A DNA stretch of 64,000 nt from an uncultured Gemmatimonadales bacterium (GTDB lineage: Bacteria > Gemmatimonadota > Gemmatimonadetes > Gemmatimonadales > GWC2-71-9): NCBI GenBank assembly GCA_963795085.1, contig CAWCFX010000003.1:192001-256000 (forward strand), given 5' to 3'. A model generated the notes under the pieces. It made no database searches. It was not told the DNA's origin and saw nothing but the letters and a program-made list of their open reading frames with translations. This document shows, piece after piece, positions 47,530 to 56,716 of the stretch; within the stretch, counting starts at the first letter, position 1, and every line of letters starts with the position of its first letter. Position numbers and translations under genes: made by a program.

Positions 47530-48219
47530 ATGCGCGGGACCATGCTGTTGGCGTTGGCTCTGACTGCCACGATGCCGGCGCTGGCCGAGGCCCAGGACAC
47601 CCGGCCCGGCATCGCGGTGATGCCGTTCCAGAACGGTGGGTCCTACGGGCGGGACAAGGAAGATTTCGACGCGCTCCAGGTCGGGATCCCGGCCATGGTC
47701 ATGAGCGAACTCGCCCAAAACCCGGGCGCCCGGGTGGTGGACCGGAGCGACATCAACCGGATTCTGGACGAGCAGAACCTGGCCACGGATGGCCGTGTGG
47801 ATGCCTCGACCGCCGCCCGGGTGGGCCGGCTGGTGGGCGCCCGCTACATGATCATGGGCACCTTCATCGACCACTACGGCAAGATGCGGATCGACGCCCG
47901 CATTGTGGACGTGGAGACCAGTGAGATCCTCAAGGTGGTGCAGTCGGGCCCCCGCGAGCGGGACAAGCTGTTCGACATGATCAGCGAACTGTCCACCTCC
48001 ATCATGGCCAACACCAAACTGCCACCGCTTCCGGTCCAGCAGGCCCAGGCCGAGCCGCGGCGGATTCCGACGGAGGCGCTGACCTTCTACAGCCGGGCCC
48101 TGCTCTATGAGGATCGGGGGGATGCGGCCAAGGCCGAGGAGTATTACAACCGGGCCCTGGAAGTCTTCCCGACCTACGCGGAAGCCCGCGAAGGGCTGCG
48201 AAAGATCCGGCCCTCCTGA
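47530..48219 (+). CDS. Secreted CsgG/HfaB/TolB-N-like domain protein with a C-terminal TPR
   Basis: Signal peptide ALAEA-Q; IAVMPFQN, VVDRSDI..ILDEQ, AARVGRLVGA, DARIVDVET; TPR AEEYYNRALEVFPTYAEA. Confidence 0.82.
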   Translation: MRGTMLLALALTATMPALAEAQDTRPGIAVMPFQNGGSYGRDKEDFDALQVGIPAMVMSELAQNPGARVVDRSDINRILDEQNLATDGRVDASTAARVGRLVGARYMIMGTFIDHYGKMRIDARIVDVETSEILKVVQSGPRERDKLFDMISELSTSIMANTKLPPLPVQQAQAEPRRIPTEALTFYSRALLYEDRGDAAKAEEYYNRALEVFPTYAEAREGLRKIRPS

Positions 48220-48223
48220 CCTC

Positions 48224-49003
48224 GTGAGCGCCCCGATTGCCGGGATCGGGCGCTCAACGGCGCGCTGGCTCGCCCGGATGGGCGCGCTGGCGCGTTTCGC
48301 GTTTGAGGCAGTGCGGGCCATCCCCACCCTGCCCGGCGCGGGCCGCCGGGTCGCGGGCCGCATCCTGCTCGACCAGGTCCGCTTTACCGCACTCGAGGCG
48401 GTCGGCCTGGTCGTCCTGTTGAGCGGCATCTTCAGTTTCCTGGTCATCAAGATGGCGGTGCGCGAGCTGGGTAACATCGGGGCCTACGACCTGATCGGCC
48501 GCCTGATCGTAGTGATCATCGTGCGGGAACTCGGCCCTATCCTCACTGCGCTGGCGGTGCTGGGCCGGAGCGGCACCGCGATCACCGCTGAGCTGGCCAC
48601 CAATACCGTGCTCCGCGAAGTGCGGGCCCTGGAAGGCATGGGCATCGACCCCTTTCACTACCTGGTACTGCCCCGGCTGGCCGGGTGCATCATCTCGGTC
48701 ACCGTGCTCATCGTGCTCTTCGACACCGTCTCGCTGACCAGCGGCTTTCTCGCCGCCGGCGCCGAGGGCATGAGCGGCGACCGCTACTGGGGGGTGGTCC
48801 TGGCGTCGCTCACGGCCCGCGACGTCGGGGTGACCTTCGGGAAGGGAATCCTCTTCGGGTTGGTGATCGGGTTGTGGCCCAGCTATCACGGACTGGCGGT
48901 GCGCCGGGGTCCCACGGAAATCCCCCAGGCCGTCATCCGGTCCACGGTCGGGGCCATCGTGATGATCTTCGTGGTCAGCGCCCTGTTCGTGGTGGTGCAA
49001 TGA
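48224..49003 (+). CDS. MlaE/YrbE-family ABC permease
   Basis: VRELGPILTAL...GRSGTAITAELA, EVRALEGMGIDP..YLVLPR, KGILFG. Confidence 0.93.
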   Translation: MSAPIAGIGRSTARWLARMGALARFAFEAVRAIPTLPGAGRRVAGRILLDQVRFTALEAVGLVVLLSGIFSFLVIKMAVRELGNIGAYDLIGRLIVVIIVRELGPILTALAVLGRSGTAITAELATNTVLREVRALEGMGIDPFHYLVLPRLAGCIISVTVLIVLFDTVSLTSGFLAAGAEGMSGDRYWGVVLASLTARDVGVTFGKGILFGLVIGLWPSYHGLAVRRGPTEIPQAVIRSTVGAIVMIFVVSALFVVVQ

Positions 49004-49692
49004 GCGGCCCCGACCTGTCGACCGCGCCGCTGGTGTTTCAAGGCATCACCACGACCGGCAGCGCCGCCGGGATCTTCGAGCTGGAGGTGCTGCCGCACCA
49101 GACGGTGGTCCTGGTCGGGGACGAGAACAGCGGGGTCGACAGCCTCTGCGAGTTCGCGCTGGGGCTGGAAACACCGGTGGCCGGGCAGGCCCTGGTCTTC
49201 GGCACCGCCATCGGCGCCCTTCCCCGCCGGGAGCAACTCGCCTTCCGCCGGCGTTTGGGATACCTTCCTGCCGGGGATGGACTGCTCAGCAACCTGAGCC
49301 TCCGGGACAACATCCGGCTGCCTCTCCGGTTCGGCAGCAACTTCAAACCAGACGAAATCGAAGGCCGGGTGGACGTCATCCTCGCGATACTGCGGCTGCA
49401 GCGGATCGCGGGGGAGCGCCCCGCCCAGGCCAATGAAGAGCAGCGCCGCCGGGCGGCGCTGGGCCGCGCGCTGGCGTTCGACCCCGACCTGGTCCTGCTG
49501 GAACAGCCCTTCGTAGGGCTCACCGACCGGGTGTCCGCCGAGTTGCTCGAAGTGGCCCGCGGCGGCGAAACCGCCGAGGGCGCCCGCCGCACCGTGTTCA
49601 TCACCGGACAGGGAATACCGATGCTCCTTCGCACCAGAGTGGAACAGGTGGTCCAGATGGCCGACAGCCGCCGGATGCCAAGCCGGGTATGA
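49000..49692 (+). CDS. MlaF-like ABC ATP-binding-fold protein with degenerate catalytic motifs
   Basis: Scaffold retained (RRRLGY, LLSNLSLRDNI.LPL, RALAFDPDLVLL, PFVGL); Walker A reads GDENSGVD, signature ANEEQ, Walker B LLEQP. Confidence 0.85.
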   Translation: MSGPDLSTAPLVFQGITTTGSAAGIFELEVLPHQTVVLVGDENSGVDSLCEFALGLETPVAGQALVFGTAIGALPRREQLAFRRRLGYLPAGDGLLSNLSLRDNIRLPLRFGSNFKPDEIEGRVDVILAILRLQRIAGERPAQANEEQRRRAALGRALAFDPDLVLLEQPFVGLTDRVSAELLEVARGGETAEGARRTVFITGQGIPMLLRTRVEQVVQMADSRRMPSRV

Positions 49693-50636
49693 TCGGCCAG
49701 CGCATGACCGACGTGATGATCGGCGCCCTGGTCGTCGGCGCCGTAGCCGTACTGGTCGGGGCCTTCGTGTTCACCAAGGGGTGGAACAAGCAGCAGTTCG
49801 ACCTCTTCATGCGCACCGAATCGGCCCGCGACCTTACCTCCGACACCAAGGTGTTGTTGCAGTCGCTCCCGGTCGGCGAAGTCAAGGCGATTTCGCCCCA
49901 GGTGGACTCCACCAGCGGCCGGCTCCGGTTCGTCGTGCACCTGCGCATCGACGAACGGTACCAGGACGGAACCGAACTCCATCTGCCGCTGGGCACCCGG
50001 GCCGAGATCGTCCAGTCCAACGTGCTGGGCGGCGTCAGCATTGAGTTGCGCACCCCGGAGCGGGCCATCGGCCGGCTGGCGCCGGGAGACACGGTGGGCT
50101 CGGCCCGGCTCTCTTCCGGGCTCGACGCGATCGCCCAGATTGCCGACTCGCTCCGGCAGCAGATCGCCCTGGTGCTGACCGATACCCGGTCGCTGATCGA
50201 GAACCTGAATTCCACGGTGGTGATGGCCCGGCGGGAACTGCAGCTCACGGCGCCCGAGGCCCGCGCCACGATGGACGAAATCCAGGCCTCCCTGACCCAG
50301 TTGCGACCCACGTTGGCCCGGGCCGATACCCTGATGGCCACCGCGACCGGCCGGATGGACGGGGTCAGCGACTCCATCGCCGCTACCCTGTCCCAGACCC
50401 GGACCATGATCGCCCACCTGGACAGTCTCGCGGTCACCGCCACGAGCATCGCGGGAGAGAACCGGGAGGTCGTCCGCACCACGGCCGAGAACCTCTACAT
50501 CATCTCCGCGAAGCTGGAACACTTCCTCGACCAGGTCAGCCGGCGCCCGCTCCGGATGATCTATGGCGTCCGCCCGCTGGCGGACAGCGCCCGCCGACCC
50601 GCCGAAAGCGGCGGGGAGACCGACACCGCGCCATGA
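49689..50636 (+). CDS. MCE/MlaD-family protein with a long helical C-terminus
   Basis: N-terminal TM; ARDL..DTKV....LPVGEV..I; NVLGGVSIEL; coiled coil; C-terminal RRPLRMIYG. Confidence 0.88.
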   Translation: MIGQRMTDVMIGALVVGAVAVLVGAFVFTKGWNKQQFDLFMRTESARDLTSDTKVLLQSLPVGEVKAISPQVDSTSGRLRFVVHLRIDERYQDGTELHLPLGTRAEIVQSNVLGGVSIELRTPERAIGRLAPGDTVGSARLSSGLDAIAQIADSLRQQIALVLTDTRSLIENLNSTVVMARRELQLTAPEARATMDEIQASLTQLRPTLARADTLMATATGRMDGVSDSIAATLSQTRTMIAHLDSLAVTATSIAGENREVVRTTAENLYIISAKLEHFLDQVSRRPLRMIYGVRPLADSARRPAESGGETDTAP

Positions 50637-52573
50637 AATACCGCCTGTTGCACACTTCCGGCTGGGACCCCGCGGGGGTCGGTGACGCCCTCGCCGCGGA
50701 ACAGGTGGAAACCGCCCTGTTTCCGGCAGCGCTGACCCCGGCGGCCGACGGGCTCCCCACCGTGCTGATCCTGGATCCCGAGGGCCGCCGTCTGCTGCCC
50801 GCCTCGCTGCTTGAATCACTCCGGGAAAACGGCACCCCGATCGTGGCACTGGGCGCCCCCGGCGAAGCGGACGTGCCCGGAGACCTGCCGGTGGACCTGC
50901 TGAGCGGGTTCGTGAAGGCGCCGGTGCCGCCGCGTGAGCTGCTGGTGGCGCTCCGCTCGGCGTACCGCGAGGCGGTGGCCCGGCAGGAGGCTGCCCGTGT
51001 CCGGAAGGAGATCGCCACCCGGACCCGCGAGGTCACCGAACTAGCCGAAATCGGGATCAAGCTCACCACCGAGAAGAACTACAACACCCTGCTGGACCTG
51101 ATCCTGTTTCAGGCCCGCCGGATCACCCAGTCGGACGCGGGCAGCCTGTACCTGGTCGAGATGGATGAGGCCGGCGTCCGCCGGCTCCGATTCAAGCTGA
51201 CCCAGAACGACAGCCGCCCCGATATCCCGTTCGTCGAGTTCACCATGCCGATCAACCATTCCAGCCTCGCGGGGTACGCGGCGGCGGAAGGGGAGCCGCT
51301 GGTGTTCAACGACGTGTACCTCCTGCCCCCGGACGTCGCCTACTCGTTCAACCGCTCGTTCGACGAGCGATACGGCTACCGCACCCGCTCCATGCTGGTG
51401 ATTCCCATGCAGAATCACAGCGGCGAGGTGATCGGCGTGGTGCAGCTGATCAATCGGAAGCAGGACCCGGCGCACAAACTGGAGACCCCCGCCGATACCG
51501 ACCGCTACGTGCAGCCGTACAGCCCCCACCTGGTCAAGCTGGTGCGCTCGCTGGCGGGCCAGGCCGCCGTGGCGCTGGAGAACAGCCAGCTATATGCCGA
51601 GATCGAGCGGCTGTTCGAGGGGTTCGTGCGGGCCGCGGTGACCGCGATCGAGCAACGGGACCCGACGACGTCCGGTCACTCGGAGCGGGTAGCCAACCTG
51701 ACGGTGGGACTGGCCCGGGTCGTGGACCGGGTGGACCAGGGTCCCTACCGGCTGGTCCGGTTCAATACCGAGCAGATCCGGGAGCTGCGCTATGCCGGAC
51801 TGCTGCACGACTTCGGGAAGGTCGGGGTCCGGGAAAAAGTGCTGGTCAAGGAGTACAAGCTCTACCCGGCGGACCTGACCCTGATCCGGCAGCGGCACGC
51901 CTTCCTGCTGCGTACCGCCCAGTGGGAATACGAGAAGGAACGAGTCCGCTACCTGGAAGAGAAGGGAACCAGCGGCTATCCCGGGTTCATGGAAGGGCTC
52001 AAGGCGCGGTTCGCGGAGGAGCAGGCCAACCTGGACCGATTTCTCTCCCTGGTCCACGATTCCAACCGGCCGACGGTGCTGGCCGAAGGGAACTTCGAGG
52101 CGCTCAAGGAGTTTGCCGACCGCAGCTACCAGGCGATCGACGGCACCTCCCTGCCCTTTCTCACCTCCGACGAGGTACGCTACCTGAGCATCCGGCGGGG
52201 AACCCTGGACGAACTGGAGCGGGTCGAGATCGAAAGCCACGTGAATCACACGTTTAATTTCCTGCGGGACATCCCCTGGACCCGGAACCTCAGCCGGGTA
52301 CCCGATATCGCCCACGGGCACCACGAAAAGCTGGACGGCAGCGGGTACCCCCGCAAGGTGGGCGCCACGGAAATCCCGGTGCAGACCCGGATGATGACCA
52401 TCAGCGACATCTTCGACGCGCTGACCGCGAAGGACCGGCCCTACAAGCGGGCAGTGCCGACGGACCGGGCGCTCGACATCATGAGTTCGGAGGTCAAAGG
52501 CGGGATGCTGGACCCGGAACTGTTCACGATGTTCGTGGAGGCGAAAGTGTTCGAGGAACAGGCAGAAGGATGA
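50633..52573 (+). CDS. GAF + HD-GYP cyclic-dinucleotide phosphodiesterase with a degenerate N-terminal REC-like domain
   Basis: GAF (AGSLYL, GYRTRSMLVIPM, IGVVQLINR); TSGHSERV, LLHDFGKVG, HHEKLDGSGYP, DIFDALTAKDRPYK. Confidence 0.93.
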   Translation: MKYRLLHTSGWDPAGVGDALAAEQVETALFPAALTPAADGLPTVLILDPEGRRLLPASLLESLRENGTPIVALGAPGEADVPGDLPVDLLSGFVKAPVPPRELLVALRSAYREAVARQEAARVRKEIATRTREVTELAEIGIKLTTEKNYNTLLDLILFQARRITQSDAGSLYLVEMDEAGVRRLRFKLTQNDSRPDIPFVEFTMPINHSSLAGYAAAEGEPLVFNDVYLLPPDVAYSFNRSFDERYGYRTRSMLVIPMQNHSGEVIGVVQLINRKQDPAHKLETPADTDRYVQPYSPHLVKLVRSLAGQAAVALENSQLYAEIERLFEGFVRAAVTAIEQRDPTTSGHSERVANLTVGLARVVDRVDQGPYRLVRFNTEQIRELRYAGLLHDFGKVGVREKVLVKEYKLYPADLTLIRQRHAFLLRTAQWEYEKERVRYLEEKGTSGYPGFMEGLKARFAEEQANLDRFLSLVHDSNRPTVLAEGNFEALKEFADRSYQAIDGTSLPFLTSDEVRYLSIRRGTLDELERVEIESHVNHTFNFLRDIPWTRNLSRVPDIAHGHHEKLDGSGYPRKVGATEIPVQTRMMTISDIFDALTAKDRPYKRAVPTDRALDIMSSEVKGGMLDPELFTMFVEAKVFEEQAEG

Positions 52574-53804
52574 ACAGTCCGGCGGCGAGTCCCAGGTAAA
52601 CCGGCAGGATCAGGGCGATGATCTCGAGGTTCACCTGGCCGAACCCGGGGAAAATCTTGAGGAGCAGACCCGCGACCGCGACCGCCGCGACCACGACGCT
52701 GGCCCGCAGGGCACTCCGTCCCCAGCCGCCGCCTCGCCGGATCCCCGCCGGGAGCAGAACGACCAGGGGGAGTGCCAGCAGGTTCAGTTGCAGCACGTTC
52801 TCGTTGGCCCGGGCCACCAGGTGGTCAGTAAATCCCCAGAGACCCAGCAGGATCAGGCCCCCCACACCCATCAGCAGGTACCAGAAGACCCCAAAAACGG
52901 TAAACGCGGTGCGGGCACCCCGCCGGCCGATGCCCAGACGGGCCAGCAGCAGGGCCAGCCCACCCAGCAGCGTGCCCGCCAGCAGGTATACGGGAACCCA
53001 GCCGGGCGGCTCGGCCCGGAACGTGTACACGTCGCTTTCGTAGACCGTCCGTTCCTCCCGGACCAGCGGCACCGGACGCCCACCGTTCCCCGGCACGGTC
53101 ACCTCGCGCAGGCGCTCCCGTACCTCCAGGGGCAGGAACATTTCCTCCCACGCGGAGATGGGGCGGTCCACGGGGTGGCCCATGCCGGCCTCGATCCCGG
53201 TGTACATGAAGGGGTTGTTGGTGGTAAGCCGGCGGGTGTGGGACCGGAAGGTGGCACCGTCATAGACGGTATCGGTACGGCCGCGCAGCATGCCGCCCAG
53301 CAGGCGGTCCAGTGCGTCCCGTACCCGGGTGGAACAGTTGTCAAGGTAGTAGTCGTAGCGGTAGAACTTGTTCTCGTCCCGGGCATTCCATTCCAGGAAC
53401 TCCTTCATCTCCCGCCGCTTGAGGGGCAGCAGATTGAGCTCCTGGATGTACACCGACCGGTGGCGCCGGTCCCGGTAGAAGCGGATGGTCGCGTCCGCAT
53501 CGGCCACATCCAGCCAGTAGACCATCCGTCCCTGTAGAAAATTGGTGACGAAGCCGGGCGCCGCGAAGTCGAAGGTGCCGTAGTTGTAGACCAGGTCGGT
53601 GCCCCGGGCCAGGTCCCGCACCCCGATGGCATTGTGGCCGAACCGCTCCCAGATCTCCGAGCCGACGCCCATGGTCATGACGTAGATCTGCAGTTCCGAC
53701 CCCGGCTCTCCCGGCTCGCCAGAGGCATCCTGGGCGTGGCCGGAAAGCGCCGCGACCGCCGCGAGGGTGACGCCCAGCAATCCCGCGCGAACCCCCAGGT
53801 TCAC
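52524..53804 (-). CDS. DUF4105 / Lnb-like (lipoprotein N-acyltransferase-like) membrane protein
   Basis: FGHNAI, YNYGTFDF, YRYDYYLDNCSTR, MFLP; four or five C-terminal TMs. Confidence 0.85.
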   Translation of the reverse strand: MNLGVRAGLLGVTLAAVAALSGHAQDASGEPGEPGSELQIYVMTMGVGSEIWERFGHNAIGVRDLARGTDLVYNYGTFDFAAPGFVTNFLQGRMVYWLDVADADATIRFYRDRRHRSVYIQELNLLPLKRREMKEFLEWNARDENKFYRYDYYLDNCSTRVRDALDRLLGGMLRGRTDTVYDGATFRSHTRRLTTNNPFMYTGIEAGMGHPVDRPISAWEEMFLPLEVRERLREVTVPGNGGRPVPLVREERTVYESDVYTFRAEPPGWVPVYLLAGTLLGGLALLLARLGIGRRGARTAFTVFGVFWYLLMGVGGLILLGLWGFTDHLVARANENVLQLNLLALPLVVLLPAGIRRGGGWGRSALRASVVVAAVAVAGLLLKIFPGFGQVNLEIIALILPVYLGLAAGLFILLPVPRTLSPPRTS

Positions 53805-54811
53805 AGGGTCACGTCCCGGCCATCGCTGGCAGAGCGGTAGATGGCGTCCAGCACCTTGTGCAGGGTGAGATGCTCGTCGAGCTCCGGCGGCCTGGCCTCC
53901 TTGTTGATCGCCGCGATGAAATGGGCCCACTCGGCGCGAAAGGACGCGTAGAAGGCGTTCTCGCGGCCGGCCGCACCGGTCGGAGCCACGTCGGTGGGGA
54001 CGCCGTGCAACTCCTTCCAGACGTGCATCGGGTTCACGCCGGCGGTCCCCTTGCTGCCCCGCAGGCCGACACCGAAGCGCTCCCCGGCTCCCACGTGGTG
54101 CCAGGTGACGTCCACGAAGATCGAGGTACCGTTCTCGCAGACGACAAAAGCGCTCCCGGATTGCTCGACCGCGCGGTCTTTGCCCCGGGTATCGAGGTTG
54201 GCACTGACCCGGACCGGCTTGGGCGTCCCGGCCAGCCAGAGGCCAAGGTCGAGGATCGACAGCCCCAGGTCGAGCATGGCACCGCCGCCGGATTGTTCCC
54301 GCCGCTGCCGCCAGCCCAGCTGGGCCCGGCTGGGCCGGAATACGTGCCAGCTGCCCCGCACGCTTTCGATCTGGCCCAGCTCGCCATTCTGGACGAAGCT
54401 GCGGACGATCTGCACGTCGGTCCGATAGCGGTGGTTCATGCCCACCATCACGATGCGGTTGCGCTTCTCGGCGGCCTTCATGATCCGCTGGACACTGGCC
54501 GTCGAAATGGCGACCGGCTTCTCAACCAGCACATGGAGGTTGGCCGACAGGGCCGCGAGGATGTGGGCTTCGTGGAGGTGGTTGGGGGTGCAGATGACGA
54601 CGGCGTCGAGGTGCTCGAACTGGAGCAGCTCGTCGATGTCGTCGAAGGCATCGGGGATCTGAAACCGGTCGGCCAGCGCCCGAGCCTTGAGCAGGTCGCT
54701 GTCGCAGATGGCCGCGACCTCTACGCCCTTGAGCTTCTTGAGGACCGGCAGATGACCTACCTGGGTGATGGCCCCCGCCCCGACGACTCCGATCTTCAAC
54801 TGTTCGGCCAC
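53801..54811 (-). CDS. Gfo/Idh/MocA-family oxidoreductase
   Basis: GVVGAG, ICTPNHLH, HVLVEKP, GGGAMLDLG. Confidence 0.93.
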   Translation of the reverse strand: MAEQLKIGVVGAGAITQVGHLPVLKKLKGVEVAAICDSDLLKARALADRFQIPDAFDDIDELLQFEHLDAVVICTPNHLHEAHILAALSANLHVLVEKPVAISTASVQRIMKAAEKRNRIVMVGMNHRYRTDVQIVRSFVQNGELGQIESVRGSWHVFRPSRAQLGWRQRREQSGGGAMLDLGLSILDLGLWLAGTPKPVRVSANLDTRGKDRAVEQSGSAFVVCENGTSIFVDVTWHHVGAGERFGVGLRGSKGTAGVNPMHVWKELHGVPTDVAPTGAAGRENAFYASFRAEWAHFIAAINKEARPPELDEHLTLHKVLDAIYRSASDGRDVTL

Positions 54812-54821
54812 GGCTCCCCCC

Positions 54822-55460
54822 TTATCGGCGATAGCCCAGTCCCACGCTGAGGCCCACGGTCTGCAGGTCGCTCCCGAACACCGCGCGTCCTCCGATATTC
54901 AGCACCAGCACCCGTCCCATACGGACATCCATGCCGGCCGTCGCCGAGATCCCCGCGCCCAGCATGTCCAGCGCGTCCTCCACGAAAGTGCCGTTGATCG
55001 CCTGGCCGGACCCGTTCCGGATGTGCATGCCCGCCCCCAGTCCCAGGTAGGGCTGGTACCGGGTGGTCGCCGGGGTCAGCATGTACTGGAGGTCGAGCTC
55101 GATCGCGATGTCCGACCAGCGAATATCGCCGAGGTCAATCGAGAAATCCTGGGTCGGGTCGGTGACGACCTCTTCCAGGGCGGCCTCGAAATCCGCAATC
55201 TCTTTCGACTTGAAATCGCTCCGGAAATAGGAGACGCCGGCGAGCATCCGGAGCCGGGGCGCGAATTGCCCCAAATCGACCCGGGCGCCGTAGGAGACGG
55301 TGCCCTCCAGGCGGTCGGAGGTAAGAATCCCGACCTCGGGCCAGAATCCGTAGAATCCGAGGTTATCGTAGCTGAACCGGTCCAGCGGCCGCTGGGCAAG
55401 CGCCGCCGAGGGGAGCGAGGCGAGCAGCAGCCCCGCGAGCAGGTATCGGAATCTGGGCAT
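54822..55460 (-). CDS. Small outer-membrane beta-barrel protein (8-stranded type)
   Basis: Signal peptide AALA-Q; alternating beta strands; QPYLGLGAG; C-terminal VGLGYRR. Confidence 0.7.
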   Translation of the reverse strand: MPRFRYLLAGLLLASLPSAALAQRPLDRFSYDNLGFYGFWPEVGILTSDRLEGTVSYGARVDLGQFAPRLRMLAGVSYFRSDFKSKEIADFEAALEEVVTDPTQDFSIDLGDIRWSDIAIELDLQYMLTPATTRYQPYLGLGAGMHIRNGSGQAINGTFVEDALDMLGAGISATAGMDVRMGRVLVLNIGGRAVFGSDLQTVGLSVGLGYRR

Positions 55461-56716
55461 CAGTAGAGTCGCTCGAGGTCGGTGTGAGGGTAGTAGGCGG
55501 CCAGGATCGCGGAATAGCGCTGGCCTTCCCGGGCGCGGCCCACGGCGCCCCACTGGCACAGGCCCACCCCGTGGCCAGCGCCATGGCCATCGGCCACCAG
55601 CCGGGTCACGCTGCCCCGGGCCGATAGTTCGCTCAGCGTAAACATGCTGCTTCGCAACAGCTCGCCGCGCGCCGGGCGAAGCACCTGCCGCACCGCGGCT
55701 CCGCTGGCAGTCAGTTCCCGTCCGTCGATGGCCAGGACCAGGCGGGCCACCCGTCCCGACGGCGAGACCTCGCGAACCCGCACCGACTGGACCACGGCGC
55801 GGGCCGCGATGGTCGGGCCCAGCGCGGCGGGAACGCTCTCGCGCAATATGTCCCGAAGGGCCTCTCCCGACCACTCCTGCCGCCAGTTGAATCGGGGCGA
55901 GATCCGGCAATAGGCCTGGCCTGCCGCGTCGGTATCGGCCATGGAGACCAGGTAGGGGCGCTCGGCGCCGCTGAAGACCTCGGTGCCCTTGGCCGTCTGG
56001 CCGCCGCAGGTGGAGAAGAAGAACCCGTCGATCGGCGCGCCGTCGAAGGTCAGGATCTGCCCTGCCGTCCCCAGCACCGCCTGCCACCCCAGAGGCGTCT
56101 CAGCGGCCACCCCGCCATACACCTGGTCGGCCACCGTGGCCTGGAGATCGAACCCCTGGGCTCGCCACCGCCCCCGGTTTCGCATGGCGTAGGTGCGGCT
56201 GATCACCGCCTGGGCCTTTACCGCTTCCACTTCGCTGCTATCGCGGCGTCCCATTTCAGCGGAGACCACCCCGGCGAGGTAACTTTCGAGGCTCACCCGG
56301 TTCACCACGGTGAGGCCTCCGCTCCCCCGAAACAGGAGCAGTGCCCCGCGATACTCCCTGCCGCCCACCCGGACGAAGCCGTCCGGAGCGGCGGCGGAGA
56401 ATGCCAGCGAGTCGCCCGCGGCCGGGCTCCAGCTGAGCGCCCCGGTGAACTGCAGGCCGCCGCCGGCTCCGCTGGCAATCAGCTGGGCGCCGGCCGGGAC
56501 TTCGGCGCGGGGGACCCCGTCCAGGCTGGAAACGATCAAGGCCGCCCCGCCTCCCAGCGTTACCCGGGAGAGGCCGGTCCCCAGCCCCACCAGCATCTCC
56601 GGTTCGGTGCTGCGGGGGCCGATGGTGACGGTGGAAGCGGATTCGGGGGGAGTACAGCTGCCGACCAGACCCACCAGCGCGCACAGCCAGAGGATGGCGA
56701 GCGGCGCCGCTTTCAA
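55460..56716 (-). CDS. SpoIID/LytB-domain lipoprotein (lytic transglycosylase-like)
   Basis: Lipobox LVGSC; VVNRVSLESYLAGVVSAEM, EAVKAQAV..RTYA, DQVYGG, GHGVGLCQWGA. Confidence 0.92.
   Translation of the reverse strand: MKAAPLAILWLCALVGLVGSCTPPESASTVTIGPRSTEPEMLVGLGTGLSRVTLGGGAALIVSSLDGVPRAEVPAGAQLIASGAGGGLQFTGALSWSPAAGDSLAFSAAAPDGFVRVGGREYRGALLLFRGSGGLTVVNRVSLESYLAGVVSAEMGRRDSSEVEAVKAQAVISRTYAMRNRGRWRAQGFDLQATVADQVYGGVAAETPLGWQAVLGTAGQILTFDGAPIDGFFFSTCGGQTAKGTEVFSGAERPYLVSMADTDAAGQAYCRISPRFNWRQEWSGEALRDILRESVPAALGPTIAARAVVQSVRVREVSPSGRVARLVLAIDGRELTASGAAVRQVLRPARGELLRSSMFTLSELSARGSVTRLVADGHGAGHGVGLCQWGAVGRAREGQRYSAILAAYYPHTDLERLY

Noticed and set aside
47530..48219. Curli secretion system (csgG)
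   Set aside because: No csgA, B, E or F genes and no lipobox; only the shared CsgG/TolB-N-like domain is supported.
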